A DNA stretch of 64,000 bases from Squalus acanthias (GCA_030390025.1 CM059431.1:151778001-151842000); one strand, 5' to 3'; shown: positions 12,001-27,637, counted from the first letter of the stretch. Program-made: numbers and translations. The notes: a model not told the origin generated them from the sequence alone.

Positions 12001-15000
12001 TGACTCTACTTAAACATTACTGGTTGTGACTACTCTCAAATTACTGGTGGTGACCCGACTCTAACATTACTGGTGGTGACCTTACTCTAACATTACTGGT
12101 GGTCACCCTGCTCTTACATTACTGGTGGTGACTCTACTCTAACATTACTGTTGGTGACCCTACTCGAACAGTACTGGCGGTGACTCTACTCCAACATTAC
12201 TGTTGGTGACCCCACTCTAAACTTACTGGTGGTGGCTCTACTCTAACGTTACTGATGGTGACCTTACTCGAACATTAATAGTGGTGACTCTACACCAACA
12301 TTACTGGTGGTGACCCTACTCTAACCTTTGTTGTGGTGACCATACTCTAACATTACTGGTGGTGACTCTACTTAAACATTACTGGTGGTGACTCTACTCT
12401 CAAATTACTGGTGGTGACCCTACTCTATCATTGCTGGTGGTGAATCTACTCTAACATTACTGGTGGTGTGTCTACTCTAACATTACTGGTGGTGACTCTA
12501 CTCTAACATTAATGGTGGTGACTCTACTCTAACATTACTGGTGGTGACTTTACTCTAACATTACTGGTGGTGACTCTACTCTAACATTACTGGTGGTGAC
12601 TCTACTCTAACATTAATGGTGGTGACTCTACTCTAACATTACTGGTGGTGACTTTACTCTAACATTACTGGTGGTGACTCTACTCTAACATTACTGGTGG
12701 TGACTCTACTCTAACATTACTGGTGGTGAGTCTAATCTAACATTACTGGTGGTGACCCTACACTAACATTACTGGTGGTGACTCTACTCTAACATTACTG
12801 GTGTTGTCCACAGTCTAACATTGCTGGTGGTGAGTCTACTCTAACATTACTGGTGTTGTGTCGACTCTAACATTACTGTTGGTGACCCTACACTAACATT
12901 ACTGGTGGTGACCCTACTCTAACATTACTGGTGGTGACTCTACTCGAACGTTACTGGTGGTGACTCTACTCTAACATTACTGGTTGTGACTGTACTCTAA
13001 CATTAATGGTGGTGACTCTACTCCAACATTAATGTTGGTGACTCTACTCTAACATTACTGGTGGTGAGTCTAATCTAACATTACTGGTGGTGACCCTACA
13101 CTAACATTACTGGTGGTGACTCTACTCTAACATTACTGGTGGTGTGTCTACTCTAACATTACTGGAGGTGACTCTACTCTAACATTACTTGTGGTGACTC
13201 TACTCCAACATTACTGGTGGTGACCCTCCTCTAACATTACTGTTGGTGTCTCTAATCTAACATTAATGGTGGTGAGTCTACTCTAACATTACTGGTGGTG
13301 ACTCTACTCTAACATTACTGGGGTTGACTCTACTCTTACATTACTGGTGGTGACTCTACTCTAACATTACTGGTGGTGTCTCTACTCTAACATTACTGAT
13401 GGTGACTCTACTCCAACATTACTGGTGGTGACCCCACACTTAACTTACTTGTGGTGGCTCTACTCTAACATTACTTATGGTGAATTTACTCGAACATTAA
13501 TCGTGCTGACTCTACACCAACATTACTGGTGGTGACCCTACTCTAACCTTAGTGTTGGTGACCATACTCTAACATTACTGGTGGTGACTCTACTTAAACA
13601 TTACTGGTGGTGACTCTACTCTCAAATTACTGGTGGTGACCCGACTCTAACATTACTGGTGGTGAATCTACTCCAGCATTACTGGTGGTGTGTCTACACT
13701 AACATTACTGGTGGTGACCCTACTCTAACATTACTGGTGGTGACTCTACTCTAACATTACTGGTGGTGACTCTACTCTAACATTACTGATGGTGACTCTA
13801 CGCTAACATTACTGGTGGTGACTCTACACTAACATTACTGGTGGTGACTCTACTCTAACATTACTGGTGGTGACTCTACTCTAACATTACTGGTGGTGAC
13901 TCTACGCTAACATTACTGGTGGTGACTCTACTCTAACATTACTGCTGGTGTCTCTACTCCAACGTTACTGGTGGTGACTCTACTCTAACATTACTGGTGG
14001 TGACTCTACTCTAACATTACTGGTGTTGTCCACAGTCTAACATTGCTGGTGGTGAGTCTACTCTAACATTACTGGTGTTGTGTCGACTCTAACATTACTG
14101 TTGGTGACCCTACAGTAACATTACTGGTGGTGACCCTACTCAAACATTAATGTTGGTGACCCTACTCTAACATTAATGGTGGTGACTCTACTCCAACATT
14201 AATGTTGGTGACCCTACACTAACATTACTGGTGGTGACTCTACTCTAACATTACTGGTGGTGTGTCTACTCTAACATTACTGGAGGTGACTCTACTCTAA
14301 CATTACTTTGGTGACTCTACTCCAACATTACTGGTGGTGACCCTCCTCTAACATTACTGTTGGTGTCTCTAATCTAACATTAATGGTGGTGAGTCTACTC
14401 TAACATTACTGGTGGTGACTCTACTCCAACATTACTGGTGGTGACCCTCCTCTAACATTACTGTTGGTGTCTCTAATCTAACATTAATGGTGGTGAGTCT
14501 ACTCTTACATTACTGGTGGTGACTCTACTCTAACATTACTGGTGGTGTCTCTACTCCAACATTACTGGTGGTGACCCCACACTTAACTTACTTGTGGTGG
14601 CTCTACTCTAACATTGCTTATGGTGAATTTACTCGAACATTAATCGTGCTGACTCTACACCAACATTACTGGTGGTGACCCTACTCTAACCTTAGTGTTG
14701 GTGACCATACTCTAACATTACTGGTGGTGACTCTACTTAAACATTACTGGTGGTGACTCTACTCTCAAATTACTGGTGGTGACCCGACTCTAACATTACT
14801 GGTGGTGAATCTACTCCAGCATTACTGGTGGTGTGTCTACACTAACATTACTGGTGGTGACCCTACTCTAACATTACTGGTGGTGACTCTACTCTAACAT
14901 TACTGGTGGTGACTCTACTCTAACATTACTGGTGGTGACTCTACGCTAACATTACTGGTGGTGACTCTACTCTAACATTACTGCTGGTGTCTCTACTCCA

Positions 15001-18000
15001 ACATTACTGGTGGTGACTCTACTCCAACGTTACTGGTGGTGACTCTACTCTAACATTATTGGTGGTGACCCCACTCTAAACTTAATGGTGGTGGCTCTAC
15101 TCTAACCTTACTTTTGGTGACTTTACTCGAACATTAATCGTGGTGACTCTACACCAACATTACTGGTGGTGACCCTACTCTAACCTTAGTGGTGGTTACC
15201 ATACTCTAACATTGCTGGTGGTGACTCTACTTAAACATTACTGGTGGTGACTCTACTCTAACATTACTGGTGGTGACCTTACACAAACATTACTGGTGGT
15301 GACCCTACTCCAACGTTACTGGTGGTGAGTCTACTCTAACATTACTGGTGGTGAGTCTACTCTAACATTACTGGTGGTGACCCTACTCTAACATTACTGG
15401 TGGTGACCCTACTCTAACATTAATGGTGGTGACCCTAATCTAACATTACTGGTGGTGACTCTACTCTAACATTACTGGTGGTGATTCTACTCTAACATTA
15501 CTGTTGGTGACCCTACTCTAACATTACTGGTGGTGACCCTCCTCTAACATTACTGGTTGTGACTCTACTCCAACGTTACTGGTGGTGAGTCTACTCTAAC
15601 TTTACTGGTGGTGACTCTACTCTAACATTACTGGTGGTGAGTCTACTCTAACATTACTGGTGGTGACCCTACTCTATCATTACTGGTGGTGACTCTACTC
15701 TAACATTACTGGTGGTGACTCTACTATAACATTACTTGTGGTGAATCCACTCCAACATTACTGGTGGTGACCCTACTCTAACATTACTGCTGTTGTCTCT
15801 ACTTTAACATTAATGGCGGTGAGTATTCTCTTACATTACTTGTGCTGACTGTACTCTAACATTACTGGTGGTGACTCTACTCCAACATTACTGGTGGTGA
15901 CTCTACTCTAACATTACTGGTGCTGTCCCCAGTCTAACATTACTGGCGTTGAGTCTACTCTAGCATTACTGGTGGTGTGTCGACTCTAACATTGCTGTTG
16001 GTGACCCTACTCTAACATTACTGGTGGTGACCCTACTCTAACATTACTGGTGGTGACTCTACTCTAACATTACTGTTGGTGACCCTACTCTAACATTAAT
16101 GGTGGTGACTCTACTCCAACATTAATGTTGGTGACTCTACTCTAACATTACTGGTGGTGAGTCTAATCTAACATTACTAGTGGTGACCCTACACTAACAT
16201 TACTGGTGGTGACTCTACTCTAACATTACTGGAGGTGACTCTACTCTAACATTACTTGTGGTGACTCTACTCCAACATTACTGGTGGTGACCCTCCTCTA
16301 ACATTACTGTTGGTGTCTCTAATCTAACATTAATGGTGGTGAGTCTACTCTAACATTACTGGTGGTGACTCTACTCTAACATTACTGGGGTTGACTCTAC
16401 TCTTACATTACTGGTGGTGACTCTACTCTAACATTACTGGTGGTGTCTCTACTCTAACATTACTGATGGTGACTCTACTCCAACATTACTGGTGGTGACC
16501 CCACACTTAACTTACTTGTGGTGGCTCTACTCTAACATTACTTATGGTGAATTTACTCGAACATTAATCGTGCTGACTCTACACCAACATTACTGGTGGT
16601 GACCCTACTCTAACCTTAGTGTTGGTGACCATACTCTAACATTACTGGTGGTGACTCTACTTAAACATTACTGGTGGTGACTCTACTCTAACATTACTGG
16701 TGGTGACTCTACGCTAACATTACTGGTGGTGACTCTACTCTAACATTACTGCTGGTGTCTCTACTCCAACATTACTGGTGGTGACTCTACTCCAACGTTA
16801 CTGGTGGTGACTCTACTCCAACATTACTGGTGGTGACTCTACTCTAACATTACTGGTGGTGAGTCTAATCTAACATTACTGGTGGTGACCCTACACTAAC
16901 ATTACTGGTGGTGACTCTACTCTAACATTACTGGTGTTGTCCGCAGTCTAACATTGCTGGTGGTGAGTCTACTCTAACATTACTGGTGTTGTGTCGACTC
17001 TAACATTACTGTTGGTGACCCTACACTAACATTACTGGTGGTGACCCTACTCTAACATTACTGGTGGTGACCCTACTCTAACATTAATGGTGGTGACTCT
17101 ACTCCAACATTAATGTTGGTGACCCTACTCTAACATTAATGGTGGTGACTCTACTCCAACATTAATGTTGGTGACTCTACTCTAACATTACTGGTGGTGA
17201 GTCTAATCTAACATTACTGGTGGTGACCCTACACTAACATTACTGGTGGTGACTCTAATCTAACATTAATGGTGGTGAGTCTACTCTAACATTACTGGTG
17301 GTGACTCTACTCCAACATTACTGGTGGTGACCCTCCTCTAACATTACTGTTGGTGTCTCTAATCTAACATTAATGGTGGTGAGTCTACTCTTACATTACT
17401 GGTGGTGACTCTACTCTAACATTACTGGTGTTGTCTCTACTCCAACATTACTGGTGGTGACCCCACACTTAACTTACTTGTGGTGGCTCTACTCTAACAT
17501 TACTTATGGTGAATTTACTCGAACATTAATCGTGCTGACTCTACACCAACATTACTGGTGGTGACCCTACTCTAACCTTAGTGTTGGTGACCATACTCTA
17601 ACATTACTGGTGGTGACTCTACTTAAACATTACTGGTGGTGACTCTACTCTCAAATTACTGGTGGTGACCCGACTCTAACATTACTGGTGGTGAATCTAC
17701 TCCAGCATTACTGGTGGTGTGTCTACACTAACATTACTGGTGGTGACCCTACTCTAACATTACTGGTGGTGACTCTACTCTAACATTACTGGTGGTGACT
17801 CTACTCTAACATTACTGGTGGTGACTCTACGCTAACATTACTGGTGGTGACTCTACTCTAACATTACTGCTGGTGTCTCTACTCCAACATTACTGGTGGT
17901 GACTCTACTCCAACGTTACTGGTGGTGACTCTACTCTAACATTATTGGTGGTGACCCCACTCTAAACTTAATGGTGGTGGCTCTACTCTAACCTTACTTT

Positions 18001-21000
18001 TGGTGACTTTACTCGAACATTAATCGTGGTGACTCTACACCAACATTACTGGTGGTGACCCTACTCTAACCTTAGTGGTGGTTACCATACGCTAACATTG
18101 CTGGTGGTGAATCTACTTAAACATTACTGGTGGTGACTCTACTCTAACATTACTGGTGGTGACCTTACACAAACATTACTGGTGGTCACCCTACTCTAAC
18201 ATTAATGGTGGTGACCCTAATCTAACATTACTGGTGTTGACTCTACTCTAACATTACTGGTGGTGATTCTACTCTAACATTACTGTTGGTGACCCTACTC
18301 TAACATTACTGGTGGTGACCCTCCTCTAACATTACTGGTTGTGACTCTACTCCAACGTTACTGGTGGTGAGTCTACTCTAACATTACTGGTGGTGACCCT
18401 ACTCTATCATTACTGGTGGTGACTCTACTCTAACATTACTGGTGTTGTCCACAGTCTAACATTGCTGGTGGTGAGTCTACTCTAACATTACTGGTGTTGT
18501 CCACAGTCTAACATTGCTGGTGGTGAGTCTACTCTAACATTACTGGTGTTGTGTCGACTCTAACATTACTGTTGGTGACCCTACACTAACATTACTGGTG
18601 GTGACCCTACTCTAACATTACTGGTGGTGACCCTACTCTAACATTAATGGTGGTGACTCTACTCCAACATTAATGTTGGTGACTCTACTCTAACATTACT
18701 GGTGGTGAGTCTAATCTAACATTACTGGTGGTGACCCTGCACTAACATTACTGGTGGTGACTCTAATCTAACATTAATGGTGGTGAGTCTACTCTAACAT
18801 TACTGGTGGTGACTCTACTCCAACATTACTGGTGGTGACCCTCCTCTAACATTACTGTTGGTGTCTCTAATCTAACATTAATGGTGGTGAGTCTACTCTT
18901 ACATTACTGGTGGTGACTCTACTCTAACATTACTGGTGGTGTCTCTACTCCAACATTACTGGTGGTGACCCCACACTTAACTTACCTGTGGTGGCTCTAC
19001 TCTAACATTAATTATGGTGAATTTACTCGAACATTAATCGTGCTGACTCTACACCAACATTACTGGTGGTGACCCTACTCTAACCTTAGTGTTGGTGACC
19101 ATACTCTAACATTACTGGTGGTGACTCTACTTAAACATTACTGGTGGTGACTCTACTCTCAAATTACTGGTGGTGACCCGACTCTAACATTACTGGTGGT
19201 GAATCTACTCCAGCATTACTGGTGGTGTGTCTACACTAACATTACTGGTGGTGACCCTACTCTAACATTACTGGTGGTGACTCTACTCTAACATTACTGG
19301 TGGTGACTCTACTCTAACATTACTGGTGGTGACTCTACGCTAACATTACTGGTGGTGACTCTACTCTAACATTACTGCTGGTGTCTCTACTCCAACATTA
19401 CTGGTGGTGACTCTACTCCAACGTTACTGGTGGTGACTCTACTCTAACATTATTGGTGGTGACCCCACTCTAAACTTAATGGTGGTGGCTCTACTCTAAC
19501 CTTACTTTTGGTGACTTTACTCGAACATTAATCGTGGTGACTCTACACCAACATTACTGGTGGTGACCCTACTCTAACCTTAGTGGTGGTTACCATACTC
19601 TAACATTGCTGGTGGTGACTCTACTTAAACATTACTGGTGGTGACTCTACTCTAACATTACTGGCGGTGACCTTACACAAACATTACTGGTGGTCACCCT
19701 ACTCTAACATTAATGGTGGTGACCCTAATCTAACATTACTGGTGTTGACTCTACTCTAACATTACTGGTGGTGATTCTACTCTAACATTACTGTTGGTGA
19801 CCCTACTCTAACATTACTGGTGGTGACCCTCCTCTAACATTACTGGTTGTGACTCTACTCCAACGTTACTGGTGGTGAGTCTACTCTAACATTACTGGTG
19901 GTGACCCTACTCTATCATTACTGGTGGTGACTCTACTCTAACATTACTGGTGGTGAGTCTACTCTAACATTACTGGTGGTGACCCTACTCTATCATTACT
20001 GGTGATGACTCTACTCTAACATTACTGGTGGTGACTCTACTATAACATTACTTGTGGTGAATCCACTCCAACATTGCTGTTGGTGACCCTACTCTAACAT
20101 TACTGGTGGTGACCCTACTCTAACATTAATGGTGGTGACTCTACTCCAACATTAATGTTGGTGACTCTACTCTAACATTACTGGTGGTGAGTCTACTCTA
20201 ACATTACTGGTGGTGACCCTACACTAACATTACTGGTGGTGACTCTACTCTAACATTACTGGAGGTGACTCTACTCTAACATTACTTGTGGTGACTCTAC
20301 TCCAACATTACTGGTGGTGACCCTCCTCTAACATTACTGTTGGTGTCTCTAATCTAACATTAATGGTGGTGAGTCTACTCTAACATTACTGGTGGTGCCT
20401 CTACTCTAACATTACTGGGGTTGACTCTACTCTTACATTACTGGTGGTGACTCTACTCTAACATTACTGGTGGTGTCTCTACTCTAACATTACTGATGGT
20501 GACTCTACTCCAACATTACTGGTGGTGACCCCACACTTAACTTACTTGTGGTGGCTCTACTCTAACATTACTTATGGTGAATTTACTCGAACATTAATCG
20601 TGCTGACTCTACACCAACATTACTGGTGGTGACCCTACTCTAACCTTAGTGTTGGTGACCATACTCTAACATTACTGGTGGTGACTCTACTTAAACATTA
20701 CTGGTGGTGACTCTACTCTCAAATTACTGGTGGTGACCCGACTCTAACATTACTGGTGGTGAATCTACTCCAGCATTACTGGTGGTGTGTCTGCACTAAC
20801 ATTACTGGTGGTGACCCTACTCTAACATTACTGGTGGTGACTCTACTCTAACATTACTGGTGGTGACTCTACTCTAACATTACTGGTGGTGACTCTACTC
20901 TAACATTACTGCTGGTGTCTCTACTCCAACATTACTGGTGGTGACTCTACTCCAACGTTACTGGTGGTGACTCTACTCTAACATTATTGGTGGTGACCCC

Positions 21001-23121
21001 ACTCTAAACTTAATGGTGGTGGCTCTACTCTAACCTTACTTTTGGTGACTTTACTCGAACATTAATCGTGGTGACTCTACACCAACATTACTGGTGGTGA
21101 CCCTACTCTAACCTTAGTGGTGGTGACTCTACTTAAACATTACTGGTGGTGACTCTACTCTAACATTACTGGTGGTGACTCTACTTAAACATTACTGGTG
21201 GTCACCCTACTCTATCATTAATGGTGGTGACCCTAATCTAACATTACTGGTGGTGACTCTACTCTAACATTACTGGTGGTGATTCTACTCTAACATTACT
21301 GTTGGTGACCCTACTCTAACATTACTGGTGGTGACCCTCCTCTAACATTACTGGTTGTGACTCTACTCCAACGTTACTGGTGGTGACTCTACTCTAACAT
21401 TACTGGTGGTGAGTCTACTCTAACATTACTGGTGGTGACCCTACTCTAACATTACTGGTGGTGACTCTACTCTAACATTACTGGTGGTGAGTCTACTCTA
21501 ACATTACTGGTGGTGACCCTACTCTATCATTACTGGTGGTGACTCTACTCTAACATTACTGGTGGTGACTCTACTATAACATTACTTGTGGTGAATCCAC
21601 TCCAACATTACTGGTGGTGACACTAGTCTAACATTACTGCTGTTGTCTCTACTTTAACATTAATGGCGGTGAGTATTCTCTTACATTACTTGTGCTGACT
21701 GTACTCTAACATCACTGGTGGTGACTCTACTCCAACATTAGTGGTGGTGACTCTACTCTAACATTACTGGTGCTGTCCCCAGTCTAACATTACTGGCGGT
21801 GAGTCTACTCTAGCATTACTGGTGGTGTGTCGACTCTAACATTGCTGTTGGTGACCCTACTCTAACATTACTGGTGGTGACCCTACTCTAACATTACTGC
21901 TTGTGTCTCTACTCTAACATTTGGTGGTGACTCTACTCCAGCATTACTGTTGGTGACCCTACTCTAACATTACTGGTGGTGACTCTACTCTAACATTAAT
22001 GGTGGTGACTCTACTCTAACATTAATGGTGGTGACTCTACTCTAACATTACTTGTGGTGACTCTACTCCAACATTACTGGTGGTGACCCTACTCTAACAT
22101 TACTGTTGGTGTCTCTACTCTAACATTAATGGTGGTGAGTCTACTGTACCATTACTGGTGGTGACTCTACTCTAACATTACTTGTGGTGACTCTACTCTA
22201 ACATTACTTGTGGTGACTCTACTCCAACATTACTGGTGGTGACCCTACTCTAACATTACTGGTGGTGACTCTACTCTAACATTACTGGTGGTGTGTAGAC
22301 TCTAACATTACTGTTGGTGACCCTACTCTACCATTACTGGTGGTGACCCTGCTCTAACATTACTGGTGGTGACTCTACTCCTACTTTACTGATGGTGACT
22401 CTACTCCTACTTTACTGATGGTGACTCTACTCCAACATTACTGTTGGTGACCCTACTCTAACATTACTGGTGGTGACCCTACTCCAACATTACTGATGGT
22501 GACTCTACTCCAACGTTACTGGTGGTGACTCTGCTCCAACATTACTGTTGCTGACTCTATTCTAACATTACTGTTGGTGTGTCTACTCTAACATTAATGG
22601 TGGTGAGTCTAGTCTAACATTACTGGTGGTGACTCTACTCTAACATTACTGGTGGTGACCCCACTCTAAACTTACTGGTGCTGGCTCTACTCTAACCTTA
22701 CTGATGGTGACTTTACTCGAACATTAATCGTGGTGACTCTACACCAACATTACTGGTGGTGACCCTACTCTAACCTTAGTGATGGTGATCATACTCTAAC
22801 ATTACTGGTGGTGACTCCACTTCAATATTACTGGTTGTGACTCTACTCTCAAATTACTGGTGGTGACCCTACTCTAACATTACTGGTGGTGAATCAACTC
22901 TAACATTACTGGTTGTGACTCTACTCTAACATTACTGGTGGTGAGCTTACTCTAACATTACTGGTGGTCACCCTACTCTAACATTACTGGTGGTGACCCT
23001 ACTCTAACATTAGTGGTGCAGACCTTACTATAATATTATTGGTGGTGATCATACTTTAACATTACTGGTGGTTAATTTCATTTAACATTATTTGTGTCTC
23101 CCTTCTCTAACATTACTGGTG
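9029..23121 (+). repeat. 26-bp tandem satellite array 1 (~540 units) with higher-order structure
   Basis: Consensus CTCTACTCTAACATTACTGGTGGTGA, period 26 (e.g. ACTGG at 10381 and 10407), no unique spacers. Confidence 0.98.
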
Positions 23122-25690
23122 GATAATGAAAGATGAATCACACTCCTAGAGATAGTCTACAGACTAATAATGGTGGAAGAAGAGATGAAGGAAGACATTT
23201 GGATATAAATGAGAGAAATTAGTAAAAAAAAACATGTGGAGTTTAAACTGCCCCGAAATTAATTGGGCGGAAGAGCTAGCTAAAGGGGATAAGGGAATGG
23301 AGTTCCTACTATGCGCAAAGGACTCCTTTCGAACCCAATAGGTAAGAAGTCGAAAAGGGAGAATTAGCTGCTGGATCGAGTAATGGGGAATGAACCAGAG
23401 CAGTTAAGAGAAGTAAAAGTGGGGCAACATCTAGATAATAGTGACCATAATATAATACGATTTCAGGTCATAATTGAGAAGGACATAAGTATGACGACGA
23501 ACAGGGTAATAAATTGGAGAAAATGCGATTTTGAGGGGCTGAGAATAGAACTTGGGAATATAAAATGTACAACAATATTGGCAAGCAATGATGTAGAACA
23601 ACAATGGGCAACATTTATTCAGCAGGACCAGGAAAATATATTCCACTAAAATTCAAGAACAAACTAAACACTAATGAGACGCCATGGATGAATAAAGACA
23701 TGAGGGAAAAATTAGGAAAGAGGCATACACTGAGAAAAAAGACAACAGGGGAGATCATGGCAAGGGAGAATACGAAGATAATAGAGAAGTCAAAAAACAT
23801 TAGGAAGGCAAAGGGGAACTTGCGATTAAATTAGCAAGGAACATAAAACAACGTAATAAAATATTCTACAGGCACATAAATAAAAAGGAAAATTTGGGAT
23901 GGGAATACACCATTAAGGAACGGTCAGGATAAAATAACAGGCAGCGATAGCGAAATGCCAGAAATATTATATAATTACTTTACTTCAGTATTTACCAGGG
24001 AGACGGTCAGGTGGACGTGACATCGGAAAATGAGATTAGAAATGATATAACCGCATTTAAAATTAAAAAGGAGAACTGGTAAATAAACTATTCGAACTCA
24101 AGCAGGATAAATGCCCTGCTCCAGACGGATTACATTCGTTCATTTTAAAGGAATCTAGGGAAGCGACAGAAGAGACATTATTACACATTTTAAATAATTC
24201 GTTAGGAAACGGTATAGTTCAAAAGGACTGGTGGATAGCTAACGTAATAATTATATTTAAGAAGGGAAATGGAACATGTCCATGGGACTGTAGAGCAGTC
24301 ATCTTAACATCGGTGTTAGGATAAATAAAGGAATCCCTACTAAAGGAAAAAATAGAAGAGCATCTGGAAGCCAAAAATATAATAATGATTAATCAGCATG
24401 CATTTCAAAAGAGAAAGTCTTGTTTGATCACACTCATTGAATTCTTTGAAGAGGTAATAGACAGCGTTGACAAGGGTAAAGTAATAGTCGTAATTTATCG
24501 AGATTTCAAAAAAAGCCTTCGATATAGTACTGCAGAACAGACTAATGAAAAAGATCAGAGAATGCGGAGTGAGGCAACAAATAGCAGAATGGATAGTTAC
24601 CTGGCTTCAAGGCAGAAAGCAAAGAGCAGGGGTAAAGTTTAGCTATACGGAGCGGCAGATTATGAAAAGTGGGGTCCCACAATGATCAGTACTGGGACCA
24701 TATTTGTTCACAATTTATGTTAACAATTTAGACTTTGGAATCAAAAACACTATTTCTAAATTGGCGGATGTCACCAAATTGGGGGAAGGGTGCGGCTGTG
24801 ATAGTCAATACTGAGGAGGGCTGCAACAAATAACAAGAAGACATTAATAAACTTGCAGAATGGCCAAATGCATTTGAACTCAGATAAATGGGAGGTATTA
24901 CATTTTGGTAAGAAAAATAAGGAAGTCACATATTATTTGCAAAATAAGAATCTAAATGGGACAGAAAAGCAAAGCGATCTTGGATTACAAATACATAAAT
25001 CACTAAAACCAGCGACGCAGGTTTATAAATGCAAGCGACACATAAAGAACCAAAACAAGCACTTGGGTTTTTTTTCAAGAGGGATAGAATTGAAAAGTTG
25101 TGAATTATGCAAAACTTGTATCGAACCTTAGCAATACCACCCTTGGAGAACTGCGGACAGTTCTGTTCGCCATATTATAAAAAAGATATAGAGGCACTGG
25201 AGAGGGTGCAAAACATATTTACAAGTATGATACAAGAACTGTGAGGATATACCTATCAGGAAGGTATGAACAGGCTGGGTCTCTTTTCTATTGAAAAGAG
25301 AAGGCTGAGGGGTGACCTAATAGAGGTCTTTAAAATATGAAAAGGTTTTGATAGAGTAGACTCAGAGAGAAGCTTTCCTCTGGTGGGGAAGAGCAAAACT
25401 TAAGGCCATCAATGTAAGATAGTCACCAAAAAATCAAATACGGAATTGAGAAGAAAGTTCTTACCAATAGAATGTGAGGATGTAAACCTCGCTACCACAG
25501 GGAGTGGTTCCAACAAACAGTATAGACACATTTGAAGGGAGGCTGGATAAGAATAGGAGGGAGGAGGGAATATAGGTTTGTGCTGATAGAGTTAGATCAG
25601 GAAAGATGAAAGGAAGCTCGAGTGGAGCTTAACGCCGACATGGACTGGTTGGGCAGAATGGTCTGTTTCTGTGCTGTATATCCTATGTAA
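23122..25690 (+). mobile_element. Old CR1 LINE ORF2 (C-terminal endonuclease to RT) and 3' UTR, 5' end cut at the satellite junction
   Basis: HLDNSDHNIIRF, QHAFQKRKSCL, degraded RT and RRLRGDL motifs; 3' end CTGTGCTGTATATCCTATG. Confidence 0.9.
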
Positions 25691-25779
25691 ACCGCTTTCA
25701 GCTCCAAGAGAAAGCAATCAATTAACTATCTTAAGTACAATTACCTGACTTGCACTAGATTGTGAATTGATACCAGGAT

Positions 25780-26140
25780 GAGATGTTTTGGCGAGTTGTG
25801 CCCAGGTGCTTTAGGTTAAGAAGGTACGGTACAGAATAGAAAGAAGCAGACTGCTGCCAATATTTGAAGGTTCTGGGACTAACGGCTATAGATTAAAGAA
25901 TGGATTGAAGAGATTTAGAACGGGTGGTCAGAGACTCCTCTTTATAAGGAGAGTGGTGAAGCTGTGAAATTAATAGAGGCAGAAATTATGTCAAAATTGG
26001 AGAATAATTTGTGTGAACAAAAGTAGGTTGAATTAATGTTGAGACCGGGCGGATAAAGTGATTGGAACTATTTAATCGGCTGGAGGGTGAACGCTGAGAA
26101 GGACTAATTGGGATATACAGTCTTTTCCCCTCTTATAACA
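25780..26140 (+). mobile_element. Highly degraded CR1-like 3' fragment
   Basis: Remnants resembling RLIPGM and FFxRRVVxxWN coding sequence (AGGAGAGTGGTGAAGCTGTG) and a CR1-like 3' UTR. Confidence 0.45.
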
Positions 26141-26729
26141 TTCCAACAAACTGATGACCATTTGAGATTTTCAGTAAATATCTGTGAACAAAGATGTCTA
26201 ATGTCACATTAACGGGTCAAGTTCCTACTGTCTCCATCATTAGACACTGATCAGGAGACAGGGCCCCGTTCTATTGGTCCAGGTGACAATGGGGGGCGGA
26301 GTCTGATGGGGAGTCCAGCGCCTGCAACATTCACACCAAATTACAGAATTACAAATAAACACCATTGTAACACATTGTGTCCACACTAAAGGAATGTTTA
26401 TCTGTTAAATAAACTGAGCGTCTCATTCCAGTAGCTGCTGTGTGAGGTAGTTAACGCTGACGCACACATGTTCTACTCCACTGCTGAAGCTCAGTCATGA
26501 ATGTTATCTTTGAATCTTGAGCGGAAAGGGCGCTGTGTTAGCGGGAATCGATTATGTTCACACGGGGAAAGCAGCAGACATCAAACACCCGGCACAAAGT
26601 GGTTAAAATATTTCCTGATACCTGTTCATTTTCACAAGAACAATCCGCTTTTGTCCCAAGGGAAAGATTGCCATTCTAAAACGGAACACGGTCTGTTATT
26701 GAGCTCTAGTTAGGACAGGAAGTTATGTT

Positions 26730-27637
26730 TTAATTCTTCATTTTATTAACCAATATCAGAATCAATGTCCAGGGAGATTTCACCACCTTCAACAAATCTT
26801 GCCTGAATTTGGTTTGTGTCGCTGCATAAATGCAGGTTGTTGTACAGGAACTCAAATACATGAGCATATATCCGCTTTCAGACAGGATGTATGCAGGGGT
26901 TTCATATTCACCTTTGTAGTAAACGGCCAGGCTGTTCTTCAAGTTACTCACGACAGATGTCAACCACAACAGTATAAAACTGCCCGATACAGTGAACAGT
27001 AAAATGATGGATTTCCTCCGGCTCTCCATCTCTGGATCGCTCTGATTCTCATTGCAGTGACCCCGGAGTGCCCTGCGGGACCGACTGCTTAATACAATGC
27101 GTCTGACTGTCAAACAATTAAACAGTAATATCAAAGCAACAGCAAACCATGGAACTAAAATACTTTGAATGCGGATATAGGCTATGCCTGCAGGCGATGA
27201 ATAAAAGGCTTCATTGGGGCGGCATCCCCAGGAAACATTGTTAATGATTCGTTGAGATTGATAGGAGAAAGCAAAGGGGATATTCTCTATACAGACCAGC
27301 ACAAGGACAGTTGTTAAAACAGCTGCCGCAGTTCTCACTGTGCAATACTTTGTTTTAAACTTCTGACAACATATAGTTACAAATCGGTCAAAAGTAAACA
27401 AGACTGTAAACCACACCGACATATCCAGGGTGACGGTATTGAAGTAATGAATCGACTTACACACGGCAGTGTAGGACAGGAATGAATGCGGAAAGTGGTA
27501 ACAGAAAATCTGAAACACCAGTATATGGAAGATGATGACCAGTAGATCTGCTGTCGCCATGACCAACATGTAGATCGAGATACATTTGGAAAGGCCGCAA
27601 TTTCCTCTGGAGAGAATCAGGATTGTCCGTAGGTTCG
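26730..27637 (-). CDS. GPR139-like GPCR copy B, coding exon 2 (open frame; join 29215..29284, 26730..27637)
   Basis: Acceptor cttccttacag ends at 27638; ANLRTILILSRGNCGLSKC...TFDRF...DPEMESRRKSIILL...SCTTTCIY, uninterrupted to TAA. Confidence 0.88.

Noticed and set aside
9029..23121. Satellite as a repetitive protein-coding exon (mucin-like)
   Set aside because: The 26-bp period rotates TAA/TGA (plus) and TAG/TAA (minus) through all frames, and the ORF track is empty here.
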